Of a stretch of 58,630 bases of DNA, positions 39,630 to 48,750 are shown in pieces. A program made the translations under genes and the position numbers. How positions within the stretch are numbered: the stretch's first letter is position 1; each line of letters opens with the position of its first letter. Source of the DNA: a virus (lineage: Duplodnaviria > Caudoviricetes); the IMG/VR virus record IMGVR_UViG_3300027861_000034, positions 1-58,630 of that record; one strand, given 5' to 3'. The notes beneath the pieces were generated by a model. It saw nothing but the letters and a program-made list of their open reading frames with translations, did not search any database and was not told where the DNA came from.

Positions 39630-40505
39630 CTAGTTTATTTCTTGTATAAAGATGGATGTTCCATCAAAAGTCATTGTTGTTGATGAATCTGATTCAGCAT
39701 ATATCTCTATGTAATCGTCCGTTGACAACTCCATAGCTCCTTGTAGAGATAAAGCCCCTGTATCTGCTCCTATACCAACTTTCCTTGGGATATAAAGCCC
39801 TGTTTCCGGAGAGCCGTTTTTGTACACATACAGCTTCATTAGCGTATTACTAGCACTCGTTCTAATACCACTTGTCAAGTGTGCTGAAAACTCCTTCGTC
39901 TTAACGCCCTTGTATCTCCAAGCTAAATTACCACCGCCCGTATCTTCAAGAGCAAAGTCTTTATTATACTTAACTGTAGTTGCGACTAGAATCTTAGTTG
40001 GCGTGTCCGGCACAAGTGTAGGTGTTGTATAAGGCGTATCTACCGGCAAATATGAAACATACTGAGATGGCTCATAGTCGTCAAAGTGCCTGTTAACAAT
40101 CCACCAAGAACCATTACCATCACCAATAAGAGATACAAATTCACCATACTCCTCAAGCACTACACTCGATTGCCCGTTGATAGTGTCGGTTCCAACCGTT
40201 GATACAGTCACAGTGTTCTGAAGTGAAGTGATCTTCATTACTCCAAACATAGCACCACTATTCGTTGCGTTGTCCGGTAGAGTAAATGCCTTGTTACCGG
40301 TAGTATCATCTGCCAGCACAATGTTATGAACACCTGCATCAAGTACAGTATTCACAGCTAAGACCTCAAAGCTCCTCCACTTAGATGAATCAAACATAGT
40401 CGTTAGAACAGCTCTCAAGTCAGCCGGTGATATATCAGCCGTAGAGTTGTCAGCAAACAGTGTTTGAATATCCGAAATCACATCATCATAATTTTTAATA
40501 GCCAT
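39630..40505 (-). CDS. Putative accessory virion fibre
   Basis: N-terminal FADNSTADISPADLR motif, central TLP...G...DTING module, C-terminal C1q/TNF-like beta pattern (L...DYIEIY). Confidence 0.5.
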   Translation of the reverse strand: MAIKNYDDVISDIQTLFADNSTADISPADLRAVLTTMFDSSKWRSFEVLAVNTVLDAGVHNIVLADDTTGNKAFTLPDNATNSGAMFGVMKITSLQNTVTVSTVGTDTINGQSSVVLEEYGEFVSLIGDGNGSWWIVNRHFDDYEPSQYVSYLPVDTPYTTPTLVPDTPTKILVATTVKYNKDFALEDTGGGNLAWRYKGVKTKEFSAHLTSGIRTSASNTLMKLYVYKNGSPETGLYIPRKVGIGADTGALSLQGAMELSTDDYIEIYAESDSSTTMTFDGTSIFIQEIN

Positions 40506-40512
40506 ATTCTAC

Positions 40513-40956
40513 CTATACAAAAGCGTTAAGTATCATTTTCTTAGTATCGTTATCCAAGTCCGGAGAGTTGACAATAGCGTTGTATTTCTTCATAAGCAAC
40601 GGTCTTAAACCAGTTAACCGGTAGCCATGACGAGGGTGAGGCTTAACCATCTCTACCCCTACGATCTCGCTTAGTACATCAATCCACGCTTTCTCTTTCC
40701 CTTTTTCAACTGCTTTAGGCTCTTTGGTATCCACTGGGGCTTTGGTTTCAGTATCGGCCTCTGTAGCATCATCGGGTGCATCAGTATCAAGATCATTAAC
40801 AGCTTCATTTAACAGTTCATCCTTTAGTGAGTTATAAAATCGTACAGCAGGGGCGCGAAACTTAGCCATACCCTCCAAAAAATCCAGCTCACCATCATTA
40901 ATAGTGGCAACCACTTCATCGTTTCTAAATATTTCATTACCCTTCATCGTATACAT
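40513..40956 (-). CDS. Hypothetical protein
   Basis: ORF in head operon. Confidence 0.6.
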   Translation of the reverse strand: MYTMKGNEIFRNDEVVATINDGELDFLEGMAKFRAPAVRFYNSLKDELLNEAVNDLDTDAPDDATEADTETKAPVDTKEPKAVEKGKEKAWIDVLSEIVGVEMVKPHPRHGYRLTGLRPLLMKKYNAIVNSPDLDNDTKKMILNAFV

Positions 40957-41233
40957 CTGTAGACAACTCCTCTTTATTTTTTAGTTCCTGTAACTCTTTC
41001 ACACTAGCTGTCAATCGCTGAGCGAGTTCAATACCAATATTCTGAGCACCTAGGTTAAAATTAGTTTCACGGTCAGAGCCACCTAATGCGTTCTCACCAT
41101 ACTTACATAAAGCTAGAATATCCTCCAATACCCAACGGCCTTCGGGTGTATTATAGACCGTTTGATACTTTTGGATAGATTCTATATTGCTATATCCCTT
41201 TCTCCTAAACACTCTCTTCACTAAACCAATCAT
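40937..41233 (-). CDS. Bbp19-like protein
   Basis: Y......EG..VL.D...C...T.FN.G motif; follows the portal. Confidence 0.75.
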   Translation of the reverse strand: MIGLVKRVFRRKGYSNIESIQKYQTVYNTPEGRWVLEDILALCKYGENALGGSDRETNFNLGAQNIGIELAQRLTASVKELQELKNKEELSTDVYDEG

Positions 41234-41234
41234 A

Positions 41235-42947
41235 CTATTGCATTCCTTGTGCTACGCTTCCATCTTGGGGAGCTTCGTTTAAGTTCTGACTCTTTGCTAA
41301 CTCTAGCATCTGTTGTTGCTCCATCATAGCCTGTTGCTGAGCTTGATCCTTCTGAGCTTCCTCTTCCATTTCCTGTTTACTCTTTCTGAAACGTGGAGGT
41401 AGGTTCCTGTTATCCATCAATGTTTTGATCACTTCATCGTACTTGATACCATTCATAGCTTTTGCTCTCTCATCATCCGGCATAAACTCTAACAACATAC
41501 CAAACTCTTGAAAGAAGTTCATAGCAGACACAGACTCAATCAGCTTTGGAGCAGAAGACAATAGGCCAGTAAACTCAAGTTTAAGCCTTACTTCGTCCTC
41601 TAATTCCGGTGGCGGTTCGGGGAATCGCCCTTGCGCTTGCAGAGTGTCAAATACTTCTTGAAGAATATATTCGAGCCATTCATTCTCAATCCGACTGATA
41701 GAAGGGTTGATAGCAATAAGTGCCTCACGCTCTCTCGCAATAATCTCAGTGGCTGTCGCATTTGATTTATCTATGTTTGTAATCGCTTGGAACGATGGAA
41801 TGAAAAAGGCATCCTCAATCTGCTTTACCTCTTCCTCTAATTCCTGCAAGCTGTACGACAAGTCAATTTGCTGAAGTATAGGAGCTGGCTTAGATTCCGG
41901 ATTACGAGAGTCAAAGTTATTGACCGCATTTGGAGCTGTCCTAATCTTCTGAGGAGTTAGACCCATAGTCACACCACGACTCATAGCAGGGTTCAAATTC
42001 TTCTCTACAGCTAGGATGAACTTTTTCTTTAGTTGCTCAAGAGACTTGATAATTGGCATACAGTCCATTGCTGGAGAATAGCCCATTACGTTACCCTCTG
42101 TATTGTACTTCAAGAAACGAGCTATCTTATATGGGATTACATCAAACCCACTCTCAGAGATGATCTGCTTGTCCTCTTCACACAAATATACTGAACGGTA
42201 CTTCTTACTTGCATTATCAATCTTGCCATGTTTACGGTGCTTATTAGGCTCCACAAGGTGAACAAAGGTAAACTGCTCAACACGCTCGTCTTCATTTTCT
42301 GAGTAATAGGCTTTCATAACAGAAGCGCACTTCTCTAAGGCCTTTTCACCCCACTCATCAACGGCTTGCTCAGCAGTCCACTTGAATTGTCTGTAAACTC
42401 TATTAACACGCCCGTGGTTGTCCTCAGAGAACCAAAACGTATTATAAGGGAAGTCTGTAAATATTAATCCACTATTCTCAGAATCCCACTCAACCGTAGT
42501 ACAGGCAGTACCTATCGCTCCGAGGTTAAGATACGTTTCGTGAGATATTTCAGTAAAATTACTACGAGATATAAAATCAAGCATAACATCTCTGACTGTA
42601 TCAAAATATTCATAAACCTTCTCGTTCTCGTCTACTTTCTTGTTACCAGTTATAATTTTGAACCATTTCTGATTCTTTGGAGTCATATAAGAAAAGATAC
42701 CACTAGCCATCTTCTGACACGCTGATCGCCCTGCGCGAGTAAATAGGTTAGCGTAAGCCTTAAGCTCACCACCATTATAGCTTGAAATTGTGTTTATATC
42801 CCGTGTATCACTCTTGCGAGGAATTACGAAATGAGCACATTCCCTAACTGCTATATCATGGTTAAGCCGGCCATCCTGTATCTTCTTAAGACCATCAAGA
42901 ATCTTTCGAGCCTTTGGGTTGGGTGGTTGTTTCTGAAAATCCTTCAT
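41235..42947 (-). CDS. Portal (head-to-tail connector), T7 gp8/BPP-1 type
   Basis: 570 aa; ASG....TP...WF, SNF, ESGF...PY...R, G.SP, TATEI..R motifs. Confidence 0.9.
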   Translation of the reverse strand: MKDFQKQPPNPKARKILDGLKKIQDGRLNHDIAVRECAHFVIPRKSDTRDINTISSYNGGELKAYANLFTRAGRSACQKMASGIFSYMTPKNQKWFKIITGNKKVDENEKVYEYFDTVRDVMLDFISRSNFTEISHETYLNLGAIGTACTTVEWDSENSGLIFTDFPYNTFWFSEDNHGRVNRVYRQFKWTAEQAVDEWGEKALEKCASVMKAYYSENEDERVEQFTFVHLVEPNKHRKHGKIDNASKKYRSVYLCEEDKQIISESGFDVIPYKIARFLKYNTEGNVMGYSPAMDCMPIIKSLEQLKKKFILAVEKNLNPAMSRGVTMGLTPQKIRTAPNAVNNFDSRNPESKPAPILQQIDLSYSLQELEEEVKQIEDAFFIPSFQAITNIDKSNATATEIIAREREALIAINPSISRIENEWLEYILQEVFDTLQAQGRFPEPPPELEDEVRLKLEFTGLLSSAPKLIESVSAMNFFQEFGMLLEFMPDDERAKAMNGIKYDEVIKTLMDNRNLPPRFRKSKQEMEEEAQKDQAQQQAMMEQQQMLELAKSQNLNEAPQDGSVAQGMQ

Positions 42948-42948
42948 A

Positions 42949-43179
42949 CTATCCTAAGAGTCTTCGACCCCCTCCAGTGCTTTGTTGTCCACCTAGACCA
43001 GCTCCCGTTGAAGCTGAACCCCTTGAACTAAGTAGTCGTTTACGTTTTGATTCCTCTGCCGAACTCTGTGCCATTGATCGCTTATCCTCTACCGCTGTTG
43101 GTGCAACTACCGGTGGTGGTGCAATTTTTGGTGGTGGCGGTGGTGGCTTGGGTTTACTTGGTGCAAATGATCCGCCCAT
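42949..43179 (-). CDS. Small Pro-rich virion protein (T7 gp6.7/7.3 position)
   Basis: MGG start, poly-Pro, ends RRLLG; directly upstream of the portal. Confidence 0.7.
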   Translation of the reverse strand: MGGSFAPSKPKPPPPPPKIAPPPVVAPTAVEDKRSMAQSSAEESKRKRLLSSRGSASTGAGLGGQQSTGGGRRLLG

Positions 43180-43190
43180 AATAACTCTCC

Positions 43191-43529
43191 TTATAGCAAC
43201 GTCTTTTGTTGCGGTTGTATTTGTGGGGCGGTGGGTGCTTGCCTCCCCGTTGATTGCTCTAATAAATATCTGCGTCTTGAGTTAGATCGTTGCTCTAGCT
43301 CTGCATTCTGATCATATTTCTTTGCATCGGGGGCGTATGTCTCAGATGTAGTCTTTTCTTTTAGACTATCGTAAGCACTTGCTTGACGTGCCTCTTCCTT
43401 TTTCTTTGCCTTTCTCTCAGCCTCTCCTGTTCCCAACATACCACTATCCATACCAAAAGCATTAGATAACACACCTTGTTCTCCAAACTGAAAGCCAGTC
43501 GTTACGCTTACTGGGTCAATACCGCCCAT
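43191..43529 (-). CDS. Small virion protein
   Basis: MGG start, ends KTLL; paralogous style to the neighbour. Confidence 0.65.
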   Translation of the reverse strand: MGGIDPVSVTTGFQFGEQGVLSNAFGMDSGMLGTGEAERKAKKKEEARQASAYDSLKEKTTSETYAPDAKKYDQNAELEQRSNSRRRYLLEQSTGRQAPTAPQIQPQQKTLL

Positions 43530-43987
43530 TATATCACCTCGTATTTTACCATGAGCATAGATCGTCCATCCTCAAAGTAGTTGTTTATTACATCTATAAT
43601 ATCGAATCCCAATCGCTGTGCTATTTTAGCTGACATCAAATTCTCAACTGGTATAGTGCCTATAAAGTTCTTAACCCCTACTGCCTTGCAAGCCTCAAAC
43701 GAGCTTTCAATAATCTTCATTAGGTACCTGTGTTTATTGATTACTCCCCAATGGAACTCAACCGTTACAGTTGTTCTGTGGTCTAAAAACATATATCCAA
43801 TCAAAGTATTTTCATAGTAGACATTGTAAAAATTCACTCTTGGACTATTGCGAGCTTCTATAATTGACGAGTAAGAATGAAACGGAGATTGACCAAGAGG
43901 AACGCTGTGTACACCTGTATACAACTCATCCCACTCATCATCAGTCTGAACCCATTTAATGTCGATCTTATATTTGTCAAACATCAA
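43529..43987 (-). CDS. Second GNAT acetyltransferase-like protein
   Basis: EN..S.K....LGF; aligns by eye with 33792-34259. Confidence 0.75.
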   Translation of the reverse strand: MMFDKYKIDIKWVQTDDEWDELYTGVHSVPLGQSPFHSYSSIIEARNSPRVNFYNVYYENTLIGYMFLDHRTTVTVEFHWGVINKHRYLMKIIESSFEACKAVGVKNFIGTIPVENLMSAKIAQRLGFDIIDVINNYFEDGRSMLMVKYEVI

Positions 43988-44465
43988 ATATCTCCCTTAC
44001 TGCTTTCTTGACCACCTCATAATCTATCTCATCAAGGCGGTTTAAATGCAGATCGTTATGATGCTTCTTACATAAGAATATAACTATATCGGGATAATCG
44101 TAGTCGGGATGGTGCATCTGAGCTTTCTCTTCCCCACATATAATACAAGGCTCCTTCTGAATAATACCTCTACGGGCAAGCTCTGAGGCTATTTTATGAG
44201 CGTTGATCTTCTCCGGATTGTTTCTGATATAATTCTCCTTAGCTTTTTTGATGTACTTCTTAGGAATATCCCTTGCGTTATGGTTTGCACGTTGACATTC
44301 TCTGCAAATATCGTTGTACTTGAACCCACTCTTACCGTGAGTGTGCATTGTGAACGCCTCTGATGGCTTAGTTTCACTGCAACCCTTGCGTTTTGTTGAA
44401 CATGTAACCTCTTTCGGCCCGTATCTCAACAGGTTTTTTCTCGATTTGTGGACTAACCTTGCCAT
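43977..44465 (-). CDS. HNH-like zinc-binding protein
   Basis: CREC, CIICG...HHPDY....V.FLC..HH. Confidence 0.7.
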   Translation of the reverse strand: MARLVHKSRKNLLRYGPKEVTCSTKRKGCSETKPSEAFTMHTHGKSGFKYNDICRECQRANHNARDIPKKYIKKAKENYIRNNPEKINAHKIASELARRGIIQKEPCIICGEEKAQMHHPDYDYPDIVIFLCKKHHNDLHLNRLDEIDYEVVKKAVREIFDV

Positions 44466-44475
44466 AATTTCTCCT

Positions 44476-46044
44476 TTATATTAAAAAATAATCATCATTT
44501 GATTCACATTCATTCTCTTCAGCATCTAAATCAGCCAGCCAACTCCTAGCCTTAGCGGAACACCACCCAAAAGCCTGTGCTCTTACAGCATATCGGAACG
44601 CATCCATAGGGTCAGAACACCAGTTATGCAGTGGCTTAAGTGCTATTCGCTCTCTCTCGTCTACCTCCGGATAAGTATAACCTTCCATTGCCTCGTAGAA
44701 ATAGTCTAGGCGTTCCTTTTGAGCCTTATCTTGAGGAGTTCCGGTATAGAAGTACCATTTATAGAAACGTGATCGTACAACCTCTATATCCTCGTTTATG
44801 TCTGCACATCGTGGCACCATCTCCATACGCAATGAACCAAACTCTTTACGGAACATATCTTGTATCTCTAAGGCATAACCTTGATCATCATATACTGCTA
44901 CAGATTTCTTCTTACTATCGTGTGGTAAAAAGATTGCATCATACTGATACCCGTATTTAGCACTATAATCATCCATAATCATCTTAAAGTGAGACACACC
45001 CATTCCACGACAGGCATAAAAGTCAATTACCCAAGGTCTGTCACCACGTTGCTGAAAGAATACCATAGCGGTTCTATCACCCTTAGAGCCGGAGGTTGTA
45101 GAGGCACCAAGGTCAAACGCCACATATACAGGTAGTTTTTTGTCATAGACATAATCACCGAAGCGGTTTTCTTTGTGGGCTATAGTGATCTGATTAGCGT
45201 AGATAACACCATCTAGGCAACCTTCAAATGCACATTCAAATTCCTGTTGTATCTGCTGTTCTGACATCTGCCCTTCAGCTCTGATAGCTTCAAGTTCTTT
45301 CTTGGTCATTACACCGGTATCACTATTAGGGCGTATTACAGCGAACCAATCTTCTTGCAGGATATTCGTATCAAGGACACCTCTTATGAGCTTATAGAAG
45401 TGATTCTTACCACGTGGAGTACCATTGAACCAAGCCCATCCACCGTTCTGAGCAAGGATAGGTCGAGCGTATATCCAAGCCTTTGGGTCTGATAGAGAAT
45501 ACTCTGAGAAGATGATACCGGCAAAGTTGGTACCAACAATAGTTTTATCGTAGCGATCTGAACCGCCTATTCGGATAGTGGAACCGTTGATGAGAGTAAT
45601 GATCATGCGTGTATTGTTGATCATGTAATCATTGGTTCGTGGGTTTTTCTTAATGAGGTGTTTAGGTATATGGTCAATGAATCGGTGTCCATCGTTATCA
45701 ATACCATCCCATACAACGTCACGGCCTTGCTGAGCTGTAGGGAACAGGTAGATATAGTTACCGGTAGTCTCCATTGCCTTTACGAGAAGCATAGATACGG
45801 ACATATAATCCTTTCCCGATCTACGGTGCATACAGTAAGCTACGAATCGCTTTGTCATCATAGCTTCAATTACATCTATCTGATATTTGCGTGGTACAAA
45901 GTTATAGGGAACTCTGATACCGTACTTCTTTTGATTCTCTGCTACAACTGGAATAAAAAAGTCCTTCATCCACTTCTTGTAGTTCTTTTCGTTCTGCCAC
46001 CATTCGGTAGGTTTACCGATAGCTGTAGTAAATTTCTTGCCCAT
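44476..46044 (-). CDS. terL: Terminase large subunit
   Basis: HRRSGKD Walker A, FSEY Walker B variant, GTPRGKN, QEFEC.F, FDLG, LPHD, DAFRY. Confidence 0.95.
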   Translation of the reverse strand: MGKKFTTAIGKPTEWWQNEKNYKKWMKDFFIPVVAENQKKYGIRVPYNFVPRKYQIDVIEAMMTKRFVAYCMHRRSGKDYMSVSMLLVKAMETTGNYIYLFPTAQQGRDVVWDGIDNDGHRFIDHIPKHLIKKNPRTNDYMINNTRMIITLINGSTIRIGGSDRYDKTIVGTNFAGIIFSEYSLSDPKAWIYARPILAQNGGWAWFNGTPRGKNHFYKLIRGVLDTNILQEDWFAVIRPNSDTGVMTKKELEAIRAEGQMSEQQIQQEFECAFEGCLDGVIYANQITIAHKENRFGDYVYDKKLPVYVAFDLGASTTSGSKGDRTAMVFFQQRGDRPWVIDFYACRGMGVSHFKMIMDDYSAKYGYQYDAIFLPHDSKKKSVAVYDDQGYALEIQDMFRKEFGSLRMEMVPRCADINEDIEVVRSRFYKWYFYTGTPQDKAQKERLDYFYEAMEGYTYPEVDERERIALKPLHNWCSDPMDAFRYAVRAQAFGWCSAKARSWLADLDAEENECESNDDYFLI

Positions 46045-46092
46045 ATGTTTTCCCGTATTTAATTTCTTTTAAGATAAACACGGTTTCATATA

Positions 46093-46121
46093 TTGACAAA
46101 CGATAAAATGGATAATAGTTT
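46093..46121 (+). promoter_or_regulatory. Sigma70 promoter antisense to the late operon
   Basis: TTGACA-17 nt-TAGTTT. Confidence 0.6.
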
Positions 46122-46127
46122 TTACTT

Positions 46128-46208
46128 AGAGTCTTTTCCCTTAAGTCTCTTCTCTGAACCCTTTGTGGTTGCCCCCTTACTAGCGACTACTGGTATAGGG
46201 GGCTTTTT
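46128..46208 (+). ncRNA. Putative ~80-nt small RNA
   Basis: Lies between a plus-strand promoter and a plus-strand intrinsic terminator; no ORF; CU-rich 5' part. Confidence 0.55.
46171..46208 (+). terminator. Plus-strand intrinsic terminator
   Basis: GCCCCCT-TACTAG...CTGGTA-TAGGGGGC hairpin followed by TTTTT; no U tract on the minus strand. Confidence 0.75.
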
Positions 46209-46254
46209 ATTGCCTCTAGGGTAACGGGTTTCATCTCTGTGGTGTGAGCCGATA

Positions 46255-46515
46255 CTACACCTCCTTTACTAGCATTTTTTTATCATACTTTGCGAACCTT
46301 CGCCTAACACTAGAGCCTTTACATACCTTTCTGAACATAAGACCTTGAGGACACTTCTCAACCCTAACTGCTTGACACAAAGATACAGCTCTCCCAAGAA
46401 CCTCCATGCCTTGAAATTGCATTGATCGACTAAACCACATTTCACTAAACACATACATATTCAACAGCTTTATCATCTGCTTTTTTGTAAACTTCTTTCT
46501 ACGCCTTCTGTTCAT
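46255..46515 (-). CDS. Basic hypothetical protein
   Basis: GGAG RBS; palindrome copy just upstream. Confidence 0.5.
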   Translation of the reverse strand: MNRRRRKKFTKKQMIKLLNMYVFSEMWFSRSMQFQGMEVLGRAVSLCQAVRVEKCPQGLMFRKVCKGSSVRRRFAKYDKKMLVKEV

Positions 46516-46689
46516 ACTATTTCTCCGTTAGTGTTTACATCTGTATACAAAAAAACCGAATCATCTGTTGGCTTCTCATCTTAGTATGTAGGATCAACAA
46601 CAAAATCATCGGTAGTGACTCGGCATCATCAAAAGGGATTATTTTCCGCCTTGTCCAAGAGCACAGGGATTAAGCTCCCTTATAGCTTC

Positions 46690-47244
46690 TTACAAAAATT
46701 CTGCTAAAGCATCTTCACCCTCAAACTGCTCCGGCTCCTCTTCAACTACCAAAGCCTTGTTCTTCGCTTCAAAGTCCTTCTTAAACTTATCAACCTCTTT
46801 CTGAACCTTTACAGCTACGTTAAGACGCACACTAGGATCATAGGTACCACGACCGAAAACCATGCAAAACTCTTTAACAGCCTTGGTCATTACGTTGATA
46901 CCACTAGCCATAGCATTTAGATCACCTGTCTGCTGAGCTAGATTACAAAGGGTCTTACTTCTTTGGACTGCATCACTGAATATTGAAGCGATACTATTCA
47001 TATCCATTTCGTTCTTATTGTCTATGAACTGGCGTTGATTGTGTAGCTCTGACTCATAGTAAGCCCTAGCCTCCGGAGCCTTTAGAATACGTTGTGCGCT
47101 CTGATAGGCTGATTTGTTACTCTTACATTCGGGGTAAACCATCTTATAAGCTGATGTCTTACTCATACCACTTAGTACGTGTTGAATAACCATTCGATGA
47201 TTATCATTCAATGCCTTTGGCACCCACTCTTTTGGATCACTCAT
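46690..47244 (-). CDS. terS: Terminase small subunit
   Basis: N-terminal HTH (G...T.AY...Y......A...A.R.L); upstream of terL. Confidence 0.7.
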   Translation of the reverse strand: MSDPKEWVPKALNDNHRMVIQHVLSGMSKTSAYKMVYPECKSNKSAYQSAQRILKAPEARAYYESELHNQRQFIDNKNEMDMNSIASIFSDAVQRSKTLCNLAQQTGDLNAMASGINVMTKAVKEFCMVFGRGTYDPSVRLNVAVKVQKEVDKFKKDFEAKNKALVVEEEPEQFEGEDALAEFL

Positions 47245-47374
47245 TTATTCTCCTTTTGTTTACAAATAGGGCAGTTCCATTCAAATTCTATGAACTTACT
47301 TATACTATCGCCTCTAAAGTCTTGATCATACCATCCTATAACCCTAGCGCACTTACGACATACCTTCGGAGTGC

Positions 47375-47806
47375 TCATTGATCTTGCCCTCTACCGTATT
47401 CCATCCATACCCATTCAGCTACAGACTTCTGTTCATTATGTGTTAGATCAGCCTTGTCAAAAACCTGTTCTATAGCATCCATTAACTTTATTGAGTCTGA
47501 AGCATCCCTACGCCCAACAGTGATAGTTATTTGCTCTAACTGTTCTATTCCAGCTATTACCTCAAATTCCTTCATTTTCTTAGCTCGCTTCTCTTTATAG
47601 TCCGGCTTACAGTTATCACAGCAATACTCTTTGGTAATATCAGTTAGCTGATCACCACATCCTTTACACACCCCTATCATATCCACCTCCTCTTGAGTTT
47701 CTGGCTCATAATGAGTCCAACATGTTGTACAAGCAACATCACCCGTACTTCTATCAGCGTGATAGTTTAAGCTACCACACGGACAAACCGACTTGTACCT
47801 TTTCAT
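47375..47806 (-). CDS. Zinc-finger hypothetical protein
   Basis: CPCG, CTTC, CKGC, CDNC. Confidence 0.6.
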   Translation of the reverse strand: MKRYKSVCPCGSLNYHADRSTGDVACTTCWTHYEPETQEEVDMIGVCKGCGDQLTDITKEYCCDNCKPDYKEKRAKKMKEFEVIAGIEQLEQITITVGRRDASDSIKLMDAIEQVFDKADLTHNEQKSVAEWVWMEYGRGQDQ

Positions 47807-47889
47807 ATTGCTCCTTTGTTATACTTTCACTACAGATAAACTACATTATACCACAATAAGTTCAAACCCTTACTTAATCTTTTTAGGTT

Positions 47890-48135
47890 TTATAGGCATT
47901 CTCTAAGAATATTAGTGGCCTGTATTGCTTCTGTACCTTTATCACAATTAGGAAAACTGTTAGGCTCAAATTTCTTAATTGCTTTGAACATTATATCTAA
48001 AACAAAACTCAAGGGCATATTAGGGTTCAACCTAGACATACCACTATCTTTAGCTCTCTCATCAAGCAAGTTCTTAAGTGAGTGCCATGTGTACTTCCCA
48101 CTCTTTATATCCATTCTAGCTTTATGCTTAGTCAT
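47890..48135 (-). CDS. Hypothetical protein
   Basis: GGAGGT RBS. Confidence 0.6.
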   Translation of the reverse strand: MTKHKARMDIKSGKYTWHSLKNLLDERAKDSGMSRLNPNMPLSFVLDIMFKAIKKFEPNSFPNCDKGTEAIQATNILRECL

Positions 48136-48147
48136 ATTAACCTCCTA

Positions 48148-48555
48148 TTACTTAATCTTTTGATTAGAAACTTTGTATTCGTTGTAACCATGTATAGGTG
48201 AGAACTTACTTATACCGTTAATCTTGCACCCACGCTTCTTGCGAGGACTACTAACAGTCACAGTGTACTCAGCCTTTCTTCTGCTTGCACCATCACTTGT
48301 TTTGATAACCAGTATAGGCTCCCCATTTGAAAACCGTAGTTCCTTCATCTTCTGCAAGTGCTGAGACATGCACCTAACACCTACGCCAAACGCAACAGAC
48401 AAGGACTCATAGGTAACATCATCAACAGATTGCATATAAACCCATATTTGAAATAAACGGGGATGCTTATCCCAAACAGGATCAACCATAAGTCCAACAT
48501 CAATCTTCACACCCTCATTCTCTCTTACCACTCCACACTTAATAATCTTCGTCAT
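48148..48555 (-). CDS. Putative winged-helix DNA-binding protein
   Basis: TYESLSVAFGVGVRCMSQHLQKM HTH-like segment followed by a beta wing. Confidence 0.55.
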   Translation of the reverse strand: MTKIIKCGVVRENEGVKIDVGLMVDPVWDKHPRLFQIWVYMQSVDDVTYESLSVAFGVGVRCMSQHLQKMKELRFSNGEPILVIKTSDGASRRKAEYTVTVSSPRKKRGCKINGISKFSPIHGYNEYKVSNQKIK

Positions 48556-48644
48556 ACTCCTCCTTTTGTTAAGTTATACCTCTAATCTAACCTCAGTATA
48601 AGGAAGTTCAACTTCCATAAAGAGTAAATATAACCCAAATAACC

Positions 48645-48750
48645 TGTTAAATTTTTAACAACACTATATTATTCACCTTTCTTAACCTGTTAAATTTTTA
48701 ACAACCTTATAGATTTACCCTCAAACTGCTTACCTGTTAAATACTTAACA
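48645..48750. repeat. Three TGTTAA-N4-TTAACA palindromes (48645, 48688, 48735)
   Basis: acctgttaaatttttaaca twice and acctgttaaatacttaaca once. Confidence 0.85.
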
